A stretch of 57,969 nucleotides of DNA, the filler included, from Sphacelaria rigidula (lineage: Eukaryota): the NCBI GenBank assembly GCA_964200075.2. It is 3 parts of 3 records of this genome, joined end to end, with 100 filler letters (N's around TTAATTAATTAA, not from the genome) between each part and the next. Parts side by side here need not be neighbours in the genome. Positions count along the whole stretch, not along the records: positions 38,718 to 57,969 come from CAXNAA020000705.1; 2 more parts are not named here. The stretch is one strand, 5' to 3'. A model generated the notes under the pieces. The model did not search any database, was not told the DNA's origin, and worked only from the letters and a program-made list of their open reading frames with translations. Below, piece after piece: positions 56,982 through 57,969 of this stretch; the stretch's first letter is position 1, and each line of letters starts with the position of its first letter. Made by a program: the position numbers and the translations under genes.

Positions 56982-57431
56982 CAAGGTTGTGTTCTGTAGG
57001 GTACGGTTTTCTGTATACCGAGAGTATTTTGCCGGGTATTTACCGTACCCGACAGTTCTGTGACTTCTGTAAGACTCCCGTACCGTTTCCTGGGGGCACA
57101 GGTACGCTCTTGATAAAATATCTGAATGCGGGTACGGTTTTCTGCGCAGCCTCCATGCCCTACCCGACAGTTTCTGTGGTTTCTGTAAGTCTCCCACACC
57201 CTTACCCGACAGTTCTGTGACTTCTGTACAAAACCTTTACCCTAATCCGAGGGGCGGGTATGCCCTAAAAGAGTTACCCGATTGCCGGTACCGGTTTTCT
57301 GTATGCCTCCGTACCCGACAAGCGCTGCAATTTCTGCAAGAGTTCCATACCGGTACCCGACAGTTCTGTAGGTTCTGTAAGGAATCTCATACCCTACAGA
57401 ACGTACCCGTACCTTACAGAACACAACCTTG
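56982..57431. mobile_element. hAT-type MITE with a perfect 8-bp TSD
   Basis: TIR caaggttgtgttctgtagggtacgg / ccgtaccttacagaacacaaccttg; flanked on both sides by aaaatata; internal repeats of tacccgacagttctgt. Confidence 0.92.
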
Positions 57432-57899
57432 AAAATATATACCGCAGTTTTGAACGCCGCACACGTGCAGGCAGCACCATCCTGCCGTTCATTCGTGCCG
57501 GGCCCTTCCTTGGCATGGGACCGAGGCACGGACAAATCGTTCGAGGCTGCTTCTTTTTGTAGTACGGAAAAATCTTCCCGAAAGCCTATTTAGGCGATTC
57601 AGTTCGAATTTTCGCCAGAATAAGGGGTTCAGCGGACTGTGCCGCCTCAGAAAGACTTGTCGGTGCACTCTATTCCAGGGTCCTAGTGCACTCTTTCGAT
57701 CTTGAGTGCGCCCAGTTTGACTTTAGGGCGGGCGAACGTTTTCTCAAGCAACCCCAAAATCACGGGATATTGTCTCTGAAATCATCATCATTTTCGAACC
57801 CGTGGTCACAGACATAGATTCTCGCCTTTCTAGTACCGTCACCACTATCCCTTGGATGAGATAGAAGCACGCATTGAGCGGCTTCGTCTGAGACTCCGA

Positions 57900-57900
<1 letters not shown>

Positions 57901-57969
<69 letters not shown>
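57901..57969. repeat. (TTA)n microsatellite running off the window end
   Basis: 23 perfect TTA units. Confidence 0.97.

Noticed and set aside
57040..57380. CRISPR-like spaced repeats (tacccgacagttctgt)
   Set aside because: Irregular spacing, enclosed by hAT TIRs and TSD, eukaryotic context and no cas genes.
57901..57969. Telomere
   Set aside because: (TTA)n is a simple microsatellite, not a G-rich telomeric repeat.

Overview
Eukaryotic, intron-rich genomic DNA. Gene architecture and repeat types suggest a stramenopile, probably a brown alga (inference). Two scaffold gaps carry an artificial N-TTAATTAATTAA-N spacer. Three spliced genes lie on the minus strand, all incomplete in this window. 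(1) A divergent axonemal dynein heavy chain: 37 exons traced from the linker end through AAA1-AAA4 and the stalk/MTBD, 273-19261, with 3-4 GC-AG introns and several low-complexity insertions. (2) The 3' half of a cytosolic-type glucose-6-phosphate isomerase (31515-37567), ending in an unusual acidic plus NLS-like tail exon. (3) The central part of V-ATPase subunit H (40048-50041). The remainder is transposon debris: an internally deleted Ty3/gypsy element, Plavaka/EnSpm-like and DUF6729-type transposase relics, three Stowaway/mariner-like MITEs sharing one TIR, hAT MITEs, tRNA-derived SINEs, and a LINE 3'-end family that sits repeatedly in poly-C tracts. I cannot support a clearly novel multi-gene system. 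The best leads are the GPI C-terminal extension and possible alternative exon, the C-tract-associated retroposon, the GC-AG intron cluster and the intronic fold-back hairpins. All coordinates were read by eye and may be off by a few bases.
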